This document shows positions 34,484 to 43,482 of a stretch of 53,668 nt of DNA, one piece after another. The translations under genes were made by a program, and so were the position numbers. The stretch comes from a virus (taxonomy: Duplodnaviria; Caudoviricetes). How positions within the stretch are numbered: the stretch's first letter is position 1; every line of letters begins with the position of its first letter. Location of the stretch: positions 1 to 53,668 of IMG/VR virus record IMGVR_UViG_3300036546_000216; one strand, given 5' to 3'. The notes under the pieces are model-generated. The model was given only the letters and a program-made list of their open reading frames with translations. It was not told where the DNA came from and did no database searches.

Positions 34484-35186
34484 TCTTGTCAGCCTCCTGC
34501 GTAGGGTTTTCTATCTTGTGTAATATGTCGGTCAGCACAAAATGCGCCTCGCCTATGACCGTCTGTTCGACCTGCTTCTCAAGGAACACGAACTTGTTTG
34601 CATCAATCTGCACGCCGTTGGTGGCAAGCCATTCCTTGAGGTTGCCCATGATTTTCATGGTGGTTCGTTGTGGCAGGGAAAGGATGCCGGTCTTGAGCCC
34701 ATTGAGTGTGGCACCGTAGACGGCGATGACGTCATTGCGCTCCAGGAGCTCGCCCTTCTGCTTGCGCACCCGCATCTCGGCCCACTCAGCCTTGGCTTTC
34801 TTCTCGCGGTAGTCCTCCCACGCCCTTGTGCCTCGCTTGGGAGGCTTGCCTACGTCGTCAGGATCGACGGGCTTCTGTTCCTCACTTTCTGTGATGTCAT
34901 CCATCTCACCCATGTCATCCATCGGCTTTACAGGGGGGATGTGGGGTATGCCTTCCATGTAGAGGCTCTTCCTTTTGGGTTTGGAGTTGTTCGCCCTGCC
35001 TGTGCCCGAGAGATTGTCGCTTCGGTTGTTTTCCCAATCCTCCTGAGCCCGTTTCCAGTCGATGCGCCCACTGGGTGTCTCATTGATGCGCCCGCTCTGT
35101 ACCGCCTTGGTGACTTGGGATTTGTTCACCCCCATGAAATCGGCGAACTCTGTCTTGGTGATGTATCGCTTTTTCGGTTCGGTCAT
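34464..35186 (-). CDS. terS: Terminase small subunit (Nu1-like)
   Basis: N-terminal HTH TEFADFMGVNKSQV, coiled-coil with GELL; directly upstream of terL. Confidence 0.75.
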   Translation of the reverse strand: MTEPKKRYITKTEFADFMGVNKSQVTKAVQSGRINETPSGRIDWKRAQEDWENNRSDNLSGTGRANNSKPKRKSLYMEGIPHIPPVKPMDDMGEMDDITESEEQKPVDPDDVGKPPKRGTRAWEDYREKKAKAEWAEMRVRKQKGELLERNDVIAVYGATLNGLKTGILSLPQRTTMKIMGNLKEWLATNGVQIDANKFVFLEKQVEQTVIGEAHFVLTDILHKIENPTQEADKIAEKSR

Positions 35187-35422
35187 TACATTTCCTCTAC
35201 GCAGATGTCATGGTCGTCGTTGCTGAGCAGGTACAGCTCACCCACGTCCTCATCTTTCAGGTCGGACTTGGTGATGGCCTCTTGGGTGATTTGGGCCAAA
35301 GCATTGTTGTCCACAGTGCAACCGAGTCTCCTGAGATGCTCCAGGAGCCGTTTCTGGCTTCTGAACCGTGTCTGGGTACCTTCTGTCAGGTCATGCACCA
35401 GATACCATATTGTTTTTCTCAT
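35186..35422 (-). CDS. Hypothetical protein
   Basis: TAATG coupling to terS. Confidence 0.6.
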   Translation of the reverse strand: MRKTIWYLVHDLTEGTQTRFRSQKRLLEHLRRLGCTVDNNALAQITQEAITKSDLKDEDVGELYLLSNDDHDICVEEM

Positions 35423-35479
35423 CCTGCCCGCCCCCGTATACATGAAAGATGTGTGCCATATTCATTATGACTTAATATT

Positions 35480-35508
35480 AGTATACGCCACAGATGGTGT
35501 ATAATCAA
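35480..35508 (-). promoter_or_regulatory. Promoter for the terminase operon
   Basis: TTGATT-17 nt-TATACT, overlapped by inverted repeat TATACGCCA-N4-TGGTGTATA. Confidence 0.55.
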
Positions 35509-35558
35509 TCATATAAATCTTTATAACACTACAAGTAGTGTGTCATGCCAAAAACTCA

Positions 35559-35587
35559 TTGACTAGATGCTGTACAGGCCCCATACT
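35559..35587 (+). promoter_or_regulatory. Promoter for the head/tail operon
   Basis: TTGACT-17 nt-CATACT, ATG 7 nt downstream. Confidence 0.55.
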
Positions 35588-35593
35588 TTTATT

Positions 35594-35863
35594 ATGAGCG
35601 TATCCGTTGCGGAGAAACAAATTGAGCTTACACAGGCGCGGGAAAAACTCGCGCTGTTCCTCGATGCGGAGGACCGTGTTGTGCGTGGTGGCCAGACAAT
35701 GACCATCGACGATGGCGACATGAGACGAACCGTGTCACGTGTGGACGTGAAGTGGCTTTCCCAGCGCATTGCGTTCTACAAGGGTGAGATAAACAGGCTC
35801 GTCGAAGAGATAGCCAATGAAGGCGCCCCTAAACGCAAGGGGTTGTATGTGAGGCTCATGTGA
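35594..35863 (+). CDS. gpW-like head completion protein
   Basis: Small ORF just before the portal; GQTMTI...RTVSRVD pattern. Confidence 0.6.
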   Translation: MSVSVAEKQIELTQAREKLALFLDAEDRVVRGGQTMTIDDGDMRRTVSRVDVKWLSQRIAFYKGEINRLVEEIANEGAPKRKGLYVRLM

Positions 35864-37455
35864 TGGAAAAGAAGTCCATCGATACGAACAAGGTCGACAA
35901 GAAGGCAGAGAGTATCTACCGCCAGACAAACGACACCCAGAAAACTGGAAATTATCGTGCAACCTACCCATTGAACCCCGATGCGGTGGTTTCGTCATAT
36001 CTGCTCAAGGCTTCCAAGGACGAGGCTCTCAAGCTCTCCACTGAGAATGCTGTCGGCAGTGGGCTGGTCAACTGTATGGTGGACGGCATGATTGGAAGCG
36101 GTCTGTCCCTCGAATCGGTCGTATCCAGCAACATCCTCAAGACCAGCAAGAAAAAGATTGCCAAGAACAGCCAGCTCATCGAGGAATACTGGAACTTGTG
36201 GGCAAAGACAGCCGAGGCATGTGATGTGCTTGGAGAGAACACATTTGGATCCATGACCCGTGTGGCAGGTTTCAACGCATTCGCCACAGGTGATGTGCTC
36301 CAATTCATCGGCATCCACAAGTGGCACGGCATTTACGTGCCCTATGTCCGGTACTACGATGGCCGTTCGGTCATGAACAAGGATGATGCTGCGAACTCGA
36401 AGAAAATGGTATCCGGCGTGAAGCTCGACGACAACGGCATTGCAATCGGATACACCATCAAGAGTGAGAAAGCACCCTACCAGTACGATTACAAGGATGT
36501 GGGCAGGTTCGCCAAGTATCCTGGAAGCGACATCAGCCGTCTCCAGTACAACCTCATCCTCACAGGCAAGGTGCAACCCAACCAGCGTCGTGGACGCCCC
36601 TTGGTGCTCCCTGCCATGAATGACATCATCATGATGAGCAAATTCAGTGAGGCGGAGCTGGTTAAGGCTGTCATTCATTCATACATCACCGCCTTCGTCG
36701 AACGTGACAAGGATTTGCTTACCACCAATCCGAATCCGTCTGCTACCGATGATGCGTTCCTCGGGACTCTTGACAGGGACAAGCAGGTTGGTGAGACAGG
36801 CTCGAAGGAAGCTCCCATCACCATGGGACCTGGCTACATCCAGACCTTAGCACCCGGCGAGAAGATAACCCTTCCCGAGAGCAAAAGCCCTGTGGCTGAT
36901 TTCTGGAAGTTCATGGAAGGCCAGCTCAAGCTCATCTCCATGGCTGTGGGTATCCCTTATGAAGTCGCCCTCCAAGTGTTCAACTCCAACTACTCCGCAT
37001 CGCAGGCGGCCATACAGGCAGCTGCACGCAAATGGGATATTGAGCGCAAGGCATTCGCCATGCAGGCCATGCAACCGGTTTACGAACTCATGGTCTGGCT
37101 CCTGAATATGCAGGGCCTTATTAACTGCCCCGGATACACCTCAGACCCGTTCATCCGTGCGGCATGGAACAACGCCAACTGGCATGGGCCTGTCGTGCTG
37201 AACATCGACCCGATCAAGAATGCCACAGCCGCCACGCTGAGACTCAACAACATGACTTCGACCTACGAGGACGAGTGCAGGCTTCTGGGCAAGGACTTTG
37301 ATAAGGTGCTTGAACGGCGCAAGCAGGAAGCTGATGCACTCGATGAGCATGGCCTCAAGCCCGACCTTAGTGTGGACAAGAAGAACGTAAATTCAGATGA
37401 CGACGGTGGTGGTGAAGATGGTGGTGAACCAGCAAATGAGGGGGACGACGAATGA
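35860..37455 (+). CDS. Portal protein, lambda family
   Basis: QRRGRP, GIPYE, NYSASQAA, IDPIK motifs. Confidence 0.9.
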   Translation: MMEKKSIDTNKVDKKAESIYRQTNDTQKTGNYRATYPLNPDAVVSSYLLKASKDEALKLSTENAVGSGLVNCMVDGMIGSGLSLESVVSSNILKTSKKKIAKNSQLIEEYWNLWAKTAEACDVLGENTFGSMTRVAGFNAFATGDVLQFIGIHKWHGIYVPYVRYYDGRSVMNKDDAANSKKMVSGVKLDDNGIAIGYTIKSEKAPYQYDYKDVGRFAKYPGSDISRLQYNLILTGKVQPNQRRGRPLVLPAMNDIIMMSKFSEAELVKAVIHSYITAFVERDKDLLTTNPNPSATDDAFLGTLDRDKQVGETGSKEAPITMGPGYIQTLAPGEKITLPESKSPVADFWKFMEGQLKLISMAVGIPYEVALQVFNSNYSASQAAIQAAARKWDIERKAFAMQAMQPVYELMVWLLNMQGLINCPGYTSDPFIRAAWNNANWHGPVVLNIDPIKNATAATLRLNNMTSTYEDECRLLGKDFDKVLERRKQEADALDEHGLKPDLSVDKKNVNSDDDGGGEDGGEPANEGDDE

Positions 37456-38645
37456 ACAAATACGTCATGTGGGCGATTGACCCCAAGAACAAACCGAGCA
37501 TGAGCGATATGCGTATTGCGTTTCTGGCAAGCGATGATAGGCTCCTGAAGAGACGGCAGTCATACGGGTACTACTCGGTGAAAATCGGCTCTGTAGGGGT
37601 AATTCCCATCAAGGACGCATTGTACAACAGTGACTATATCCGCATTTCCTCGATGATTGACGAACTGAATAATGACCCTGAAGTCACAAAAATCCTGCTC
37701 GACATCAACAGCCCCGGCGGCGTGGTCAACGGCGCCATCGAGTGTGCTTCCACCATAAGCAAGAGCCGGAAGCCTGTGTACACCTACATCGAGGGCATGG
37801 GTTGTTCTGCGGCATATTTGCTGGCATCGGCATCCAGGAAAATCCTCATGTCACCCGCCAGTGAGGCTGGTTCTATCGGCGTACAGGCGTCATGGACGAA
37901 CATGGAGGGTTTCTGGTCGAAGCTGGGCATCCAGAAGGTCTATTTCCACTCTAAGTACAGCGACAAGAAGAATCTCTCCCCAGGCACCAAGGAAGGAAAG
38001 GAAGCTGAGCAGAAGCTCCTGGATGAGACATGGGATTTGTTTGCAGGTGCGATTTGCAAGCACCGCGGGATAACCGTGGAGGAGCTGGTTGAGAAATATG
38101 GGCAAGGTGAGGTGTTCTTGGCGAAGGAAGCCTCGGAACGTGGCCTTGTCGATGAGATTGTGGACGATTTCGACGCTTGCGTCGAGTTGATTAAGACCCA
38201 AGGAAATTGGGACGAAGGAGAAGGTATGGCACAGGAACAGATTACTACTGTGGAAGCCCTGACCGCCGCCTATCCAGAGTTGGTTGCGAGTATCAAGCGC
38301 GACGAACGAAAGGCAGGCGTCGAAGAGGGACAGAAGGCTGAACGGGCGAGAGCTGAGGCAATCATGACTCTTTCCGCTCATGTGACAGACATCAGCGTAA
38401 TCGCAGAGGGAATCAAGGGCGGCAAGACCAAGGAAGCCGTGATGAGTGACATTCTCGATGCACAGGCCGCTGAGAAGGAAAAGGCAGCCAAGGATGCACA
38501 GAGTGCCCTTGAGACCGCTGCAAAGGAGTCTGCAAAGAACGTCGTGGCACAGGGAACGCTTGCTGATGATGGGCTTGTTGCGGACGAGGACGAGGCGAAA
38601 AAGACCATCGATGCGATGGCTAAGAACCTGGAGGGTGCAAAATGA
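37452..38645 (+). CDS. S49 head maturation protease with C-terminal scaffold region
   Basis: DINSPGG, CSAAYLLAS, GSIGV. Confidence 0.9.
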   Translation: MNKYVMWAIDPKNKPSMSDMRIAFLASDDRLLKRRQSYGYYSVKIGSVGVIPIKDALYNSDYIRISSMIDELNNDPEVTKILLDINSPGGVVNGAIECASTISKSRKPVYTYIEGMGCSAAYLLASASRKILMSPASEAGSIGVQASWTNMEGFWSKLGIQKVYFHSKYSDKKNLSPGTKEGKEAEQKLLDETWDLFAGAICKHRGITVEELVEKYGQGEVFLAKEASERGLVDEIVDDFDACVELIKTQGNWDEGEGMAQEQITTVEALTAAYPELVASIKRDERKAGVEEGQKAERARAEAIMTLSAHVTDISVIAEGIKGGKTKEAVMSDILDAQAAEKEKAAKDAQSALETAAKESAKNVVAQGTLADDGLVADEDEAKKTIDAMAKNLEGAK

Positions 38646-39376
38646 GTACCACGATCAATCACGAACAGTTTGTCATCGATGGCGACTATCTGACTTCTGT
38701 ACAGAAGTTGGAGATTGTCGAGGCAGCAGTGCCGGCTTTCACCATCCTCGGCAAGAAAACCAATGACGGTGCATTGAGCGCGGCTGATGCCGTAGCTGAT
38801 GGAGCTGGTGAAGCTGGTGCCAATACCGGTACAGGGACGGTGGTACTTGACGAGACAACCCCAGTGCTCGCTGGTGCAAAAATCGGCGATTACACCCTCA
38901 AGTGCATCTCCGCCGCTGTAGCTGACCCTGCCGCTGATGCAGTGTTCGAGGTCTACGACCCCGAAGGCTCTTATATCGGCAAGACCGATGCAGGCATCGC
39001 AGGAGACACATTCTCCAAGCATATCAAGTTTGTCATCACTGACAAGGCGACTGCTGGGGAAGAGGTGGCATTTGCCGCTGGTGATGGATTCATCATCACT
39101 GTCTCGCAGGCCGCCGCATCCGGTGAACTTGCCGCTTGGGACCCCACCGCCTCCGACGGAAGCGAAGTTCCCTACGGCATCCTTGCCGCAGAGGCTCCCA
39201 TCAACGTCGCTGCACAGTACGTCTCTGTCTACATCGCCGGAAAGTTCAACGCCGATGAGGTTGTTGTTCCCGAGGGTGTCGATGTTGACTCTGCGTTCGA
39301 TGCGCTGAGGGAGAAGGGAATCTATCTGATTCATCAGGCCGATACCGAGCGGAACCCCGCCGTTGTTGAGGAATAA
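38642..39376 (+). CDS. Head decoration protein (gpD-like) with insertion
   Basis: DPTASDGSEVPYGIL, G.FN, LREKGI; between protease and capsid genes. Confidence 0.75.
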   Translation: MSTTINHEQFVIDGDYLTSVQKLEIVEAAVPAFTILGKKTNDGALSAADAVADGAGEAGANTGTGTVVLDETTPVLAGAKIGDYTLKCISAAVADPAADAVFEVYDPEGSYIGKTDAGIAGDTFSKHIKFVITDKATAGEEVAFAAGDGFIITVSQAAASGELAAWDPTASDGSEVPYGILAAEAPINVAAQYVSVYIAGKFNADEVVVPEGVDVDSAFDALREKGIYLIHQADTERNPAVVEE

Positions 39377-39387
39377 GGAGAGCTATC

Positions 39388-40473
39388 ATGGCTGATTTCA
39401 CTGACCAGTTCACCTATGGCGTACGCAAGATTCAGGCGACGCTTGAGGCTAAGAAACCTATTGTATCGTTCTTCCGCAACCGCTACTTCAGCGGGCTGTT
39501 GGAAAGTGAGAGCGAAACCGTATCGGTAGAGGTTCGCAGACGGGGCACCGTGTTGCTCCCCAGCGTTCGCAGAACCGATTCACCCCTGAACGTTGGAGCC
39601 GTTGCACCGAACCAGGTCCACACCTATACTCCCCCGTACTTCTTCTATGAAGCCACAGGGACTATCGGTGAGGCATCTAGACGCGTATTCGGCGAGCCTG
39701 TGGAGGCACCATACTCCAAGAGCCAGCGCATGATCCAGATCATGGCCGAGAAGATCGACCTCGGCATCCGTGAGTCCCTCACCATGAACGAGGAAGCACA
39801 ATGCGCACAGATCATCAAGACCGGCAAGGTTTCCCCGAAGGCCGTTGCCTCCGACGGAACCCTGTACCCTGCCGCCGAGATTGACTTCGGTGTCGACTCC
39901 GATTTGGTTGGTGGGGCTGTCAGCACCAAGTGGACCACTTCAAACGACGTCCTTGCAGAGCTTCGTGACTATGCGTTCCTGCTGTTCGGAAAGACCGGCA
40001 GGATGCCCACCGAGATGATTCTCGGCAAGACCGCACTCGCCACCCTGCTCGGCAACTCCAAGTTCCTCGCGGCTCTTGACAATCGCCGCATCGAAGGCAA
40101 CAACGTCCGTGCGCAGGCTTTTGCCGGATTCCCAGGAGTCGCCTACAACGGAACCGTCAATGTCCCGATGGTCGGTGACATCGCCATCCTGTCCTACGTG
40201 AACGGCTATGCCTACAACGGGGATGAGAGCGAGACACCAATGGTTGATGACAAGGGCTGTTTGCTGACCTATCCCGATTGGGGAACCATGGGCTACGCAG
40301 GTCTGTACGATAAGGTGAGCGGAATGCCCGGCATGGTTGCTGGAAAGTCACTGCTTCACGCCATTGAGGGTGATGTGAGAAATCACTTCGCCTACAGTGC
40401 CTACGTGCAGAGTGCTCCTTTGGCAATACCGACCCAGCTCGACGCTTGGTTCTACAAGACCGTAGTGGCGTAA
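39388..40473 (+). CDS. Major capsid protein, lambda gpE family
   Basis: FFRNRYF, EEAQCAQII.TGK, QSAPL. Confidence 0.88.
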   Translation: MADFTDQFTYGVRKIQATLEAKKPIVSFFRNRYFSGLLESESETVSVEVRRRGTVLLPSVRRTDSPLNVGAVAPNQVHTYTPPYFFYEATGTIGEASRRVFGEPVEAPYSKSQRMIQIMAEKIDLGIRESLTMNEEAQCAQIIKTGKVSPKAVASDGTLYPAAEIDFGVDSDLVGGAVSTKWTTSNDVLAELRDYAFLLFGKTGRMPTEMILGKTALATLLGNSKFLAALDNRRIEGNNVRAQAFAGFPGVAYNGTVNVPMVGDIAILSYVNGYAYNGDESETPMVDDKGCLLTYPDWGTMGYAGLYDKVSGMPGMVAGKSLLHAIEGDVRNHFAYSAYVQSAPLAIPTQLDAWFYKTVVA

Positions 40474-40485
40474 GGAAGGTGAACC

Positions 40486-40908
40486 ATGATTGCGCTTGAC
40501 GATTTCAATGCCGAGATGGACTTCAACGTCGCCTCGGCAGAGTTTGGCCAGACTTTCATCGTTGTGTTCAACGGTGCCCGTCTGAGCGTGACTGGAATCG
40601 TCAGCAAGGCATGGAAACGCCTTGAGACGGATGGGCGGCTTGACCCTGGAAGCCCGATGTTGATTCCGAGCGTGGTGGTGCCGATTAGCACACTGCGTTC
40701 CCAAGGCATTACGGCTGACAAGTACAAGTCGCTCAAGGTTGAATACGAGGGTGCCGAGTTCGGCGTCACCAGCTACGAGGATGGCAACCCCGTGCGTCTG
40801 TTCCTCAAGTCGGACAGCGCATCGGAGCCGGAGCCGGAACCTGAGACTGGCGAACCAGAACCCGAACCAGAACCAGAGCCAGAGCCCAGCCCTGAGCCGG
40901 AACTGTGA
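40486..40908 (+). CDS. Head-tail joining protein candidate with Pro-Glu tail
   Basis: Position after the capsid gene; C-terminal (PE)n. Confidence 0.55.
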   Translation: MIALDDFNAEMDFNVASAEFGQTFIVVFNGARLSVTGIVSKAWKRLETDGRLDPGSPMLIPSVVVPISTLRSQGITADKYKSLKVEYEGAEFGVTSYEDGNPVRLFLKSDSASEPEPEPETGEPEPEPEPEPEPSPEPEL

Positions 40909-40916
40909 GGTAAGCG

Positions 40917-41414
40917 ATGAATATTGACACCGAAGTGAAGATACTCGGACTCAATACCATCCAGGTCGCCCTGCAAAAGGCAAACGCTCCTTATGGCGCC
41001 ATCAGCAAGGCTGGAATCCGAATGGTCGGTCATGCTGCAAACGTGGGAAGAGAGATTCTCGCTAAGCAGTTCACCACCAGTTCGGGTCCATCATCCCTTC
41101 ACTACAACAACATGTATTGGCGCAAGATGATGGGCAAGGCTCCGCTGGCAAGCAACAAGGCCGGCTACTACGACCGCCGTGGTGACAAGCACCGCCTGAT
41201 TCACTATTCACTCAAGGGCCGGTTCGGCGTGAAAAGCGCACACCTGTCCTCCTATCCGATGAACCTGTGGGAACGCCGGAAGGATGGGAGGAGCAAGTGG
41301 ATCATGACGGTGAAGCTGGCTCCATTGGTGGCCGCACAGGCACCGAGGTTCGTGGACAAGGCTGAGAGGGAGCTTGAGGCCGACATGGAAAGGCTTATGA
41401 GGGGAGGGAATTGA
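40917..41414 (+). CDS. Neck/tail completion protein candidate
   Basis: Synteny; basic 165-aa protein. Confidence 0.5.
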   Translation: MNIDTEVKILGLNTIQVALQKANAPYGAISKAGIRMVGHAANVGREILAKQFTTSSGPSSLHYNNMYWRKMMGKAPLASNKAGYYDRRGDKHRLIHYSLKGRFGVKSAHLSSYPMNLWERRKDGRSKWIMTVKLAPLVAAQAPRFVDKAERELEADMERLMRGGN

Positions 41415-41415
41415 T

Positions 41416-41886
41416 ATGGCTATAACAGTGAACACCCCCGTCCATTCAGAGGTTGTAAAGCTCTATTACTACCTCAAGGACCAGGCAACCAAGTTGGTGC
41501 ATCCAGACTTCAAGGCATATCTGGAAGCATACAACCTTGATACGGACATCGACAACATCAAGTTCGGACTTACCGACCAGCAGACGCCGGAAGGTACGCT
41601 CAGGAACATTGGTGTCTATGTGCAGGGAGAGAGCATGTACGACGCTGACGAGGAAGGTAATTCCTCCTTTGCTGTCGTGGTGGACTTCCTGCTTCGCAAC
41701 AGTGATTCGGCGGCGTATCTCAAGTACGGTGACTGTCTGGCAAACTACCTTAACAGCCTGCCCCTTGGGTTCTACCGCTGGGTGCAGGGGATGAGTTACT
41801 CCCTTGCGTCAAATGGGACTAACGTGCGTGTGACCGCACTCATGATTATCATGCTCAAGCCTATGTCCGACAGTGACCTGGCTTGA
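41416..41886 (+). CDS. Tail terminator candidate
   Basis: Synteny before the tail tube gene. Confidence 0.5.
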   Translation: MAITVNTPVHSEVVKLYYYLKDQATKLVHPDFKAYLEAYNLDTDIDNIKFGLTDQQTPEGTLRNIGVYVQGESMYDADEEGNSSFAVVVDFLLRNSDSAAYLKYGDCLANYLNSLPLGFYRWVQGMSYSLASNGTNVRVTALMIIMLKPMSDSDLA

Positions 41887-41902
41887 TTTGGAGGAAACAA
41901 GA

Positions 41903-42604
41903 ATGGGTATTAAGACTTTAGGCAATCATGGGTTGGCATATCTGCTGACCAAGGGCACTGAGATGGTGGGGGATGCCTCCACGATAAAAACCACTGAGGG
42001 TGCATGGTATTACGTCACCGCAAAGGCTGAGGCAGGGTCGGTTATGCCGGTTCGTGTCGGGCTCCCGTTCCAATCAGCATCAGAGCTGGTGCTTGCCACC
42101 GGTGACAAGTGTGTACCACTGACCAAGAATATGCTCGGCTTCGCCCGTGGCAAGTCGCTTAGTCAGAGCAAAGCTACCACCGATGCGACCACCGACAGCA
42201 ACAACGGGATTGCACAGCAGCTCTCAGACGGCATCGTGACCACTAGTGGATCAATCTCTGGTCTCAATGAGATTCCGACCCTCAACAGTGCACAGGAGTC
42301 CATCATCAAGATGTTCCAGACCTATGCACGCGACGCGGAAGGAACCGTCTCTGTAACCGAGGTGTCCACTCCGATTTCGTTGCTGATGATTGACTGGACT
42401 GCACGGCGTGTCAGTTCCGCAGGGCCTTCCGATGGCGAGCAGTGCGAAATCGACATCCTGCCTGTCATCTTCACCAGCAAGAATACCGACAGTGACTATG
42501 GTTCTGTCAAGGGCTTCAACTGTGATTTTGTTGGGCAGCAGAGTGATGACGACGGATTCGAGCCGTTGCATTGGGTCGGTGTGTACAATATTGCGGCAGA
42601 GTGA
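41903..42604 (+). CDS. Major tail (tube) protein candidate
   Basis: GGAGG RBS, size, position before chaperones and tape measure. Confidence 0.65.
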   Translation: MGIKTLGNHGLAYLLTKGTEMVGDASTIKTTEGAWYYVTAKAEAGSVMPVRVGLPFQSASELVLATGDKCVPLTKNMLGFARGKSLSQSKATTDATTDSNNGIAQQLSDGIVTTSGSISGLNEIPTLNSAQESIIKMFQTYARDAEGTVSVTEVSTPISLLMIDWTARRVSSAGPSDGEQCEIDILPVIFTSKNTDSDYGSVKGFNCDFVGQQSDDDGFEPLHWVGVYNIAAE

Positions 42605-42692
42605 GGAAACCCGCATTGATCTACGTATGGGTTGGTTTCATAGGTGAGGCCAACCCGAGTATTGCTTACTTCACATAAAACAGGAGAGAAAT

Positions 42693-43112
42693 ATGGCTAA
42701 GATTCAGTTGGGTGCAAGTTTGATCGTGAACGCAGACAAGGCAAATGCAAACCTTGAGTATGAGTTTATCCCAGACATCAATGTACCCGCAGGGCCCAAG
42801 GGCAAGATGGTGAAGAATACCGAACTCGGCAAGGATAATGGCGTGTGGTTGCTCAAGAAGCATTTGACCGCAGGCGACAAGTCGAGGTTGAACATGAGAA
42901 TGAACTCGGACGGCACGCTCAGCATGCCGATGACCGAGGTGTGGAAGGCTTCTGTGCTTGAGGTTCATGGCCTGTACAACGGCGACGAGGAACTCGGCCC
43001 CTTGGACATCATCAACGCAGTCGGCTCGGTGCTTGCAGATGCACTCATCGTGCAGAACTACCACGACTCCATGAGCAATGCAAAGCTGAGTGAGGACGAA
43101 AGAAAAAACTGA
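42693..43112 (+). CDS. Tail assembly chaperone (gpG-like)
   Basis: Ends in the slippery heptamer A AAA AAC (43103-43109). Confidence 0.75.
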   Translation: MAKIQLGASLIVNADKANANLEYEFIPDINVPAGPKGKMVKNTELGKDNGVWLLKKHLTAGDKSRLNMRMNSDGTLSMPMTEVWKASVLEVHGLYNGDEELGPLDIINAVGSVLADALIVQNYHDSMSNAKLSEDERKN

Positions 43113-43480
43113 TATGTGGCTATCAGGCCAGCCGCCAAAAGCTCTTTGGGCGGAAGGCGAGCTGGTTGGATGTGATAGCCATGAAGGAACTTGGAGGAAG
43201 CTCGGTTTCGCTTCCCGGATACAAGGATCCAGCTACCGATGAGATGGTGTTCTTGCACCCGATGCAGGATGAGATCGATGCCATGGAAACCGACTTTCTG
43301 GCGTACTCGATCTCGCTGTGGGTGACATTCAAGCGTTGCGGGCTTCCGCACGGCAAGGGATGGTTCGAGGAACGGGCAACCGTCATCGACATCATAAACA
43401 TCCTGGAGGGCGAGAGCAACCGCTACGAAGCGTGGGCTATGAAACATCGGGATGACGAACCCGAAGATGAGGATGATTGA
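43109..43480 (+). CDS. -1 frameshift extension (gpT-like)
   Basis: The -1 frame is open from the slippery site to 43480; GLPHGKGW.EE motif. Confidence 0.7.
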   Translation: MICGYQASRQKLFGRKASWLDVIAMKELGGSSVSLPGYKDPATDEMVFLHPMQDEIDAMETDFLAYSISLWVTFKRCGLPHGKGWFEERATVIDIINILEGESNRYEAWAMKHRDDEPEDEDD

Positions 43481-43482
43481 CT

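Noticed and set aside
34542-35504. 320-aa plus-strand ORF and similar long antisense ORFs (e.g. 24568..25371, 38378..39334, 43956..44840)
   Set aside because: Shadows of well-supported genes on the opposite strand, with no motifs of their own.
40824-40902. Pro-Glu repeat as a contingency locus
   Set aside because: Codons are mixed rather than a perfect microsatellite; it looks like a low-complexity protein tail.
42629-42656. Intrinsic terminator after the tail tube gene
   Set aside because: The hairpin is real but has no U tract; it may be a stabilising or attenuating stem, so it was not called.
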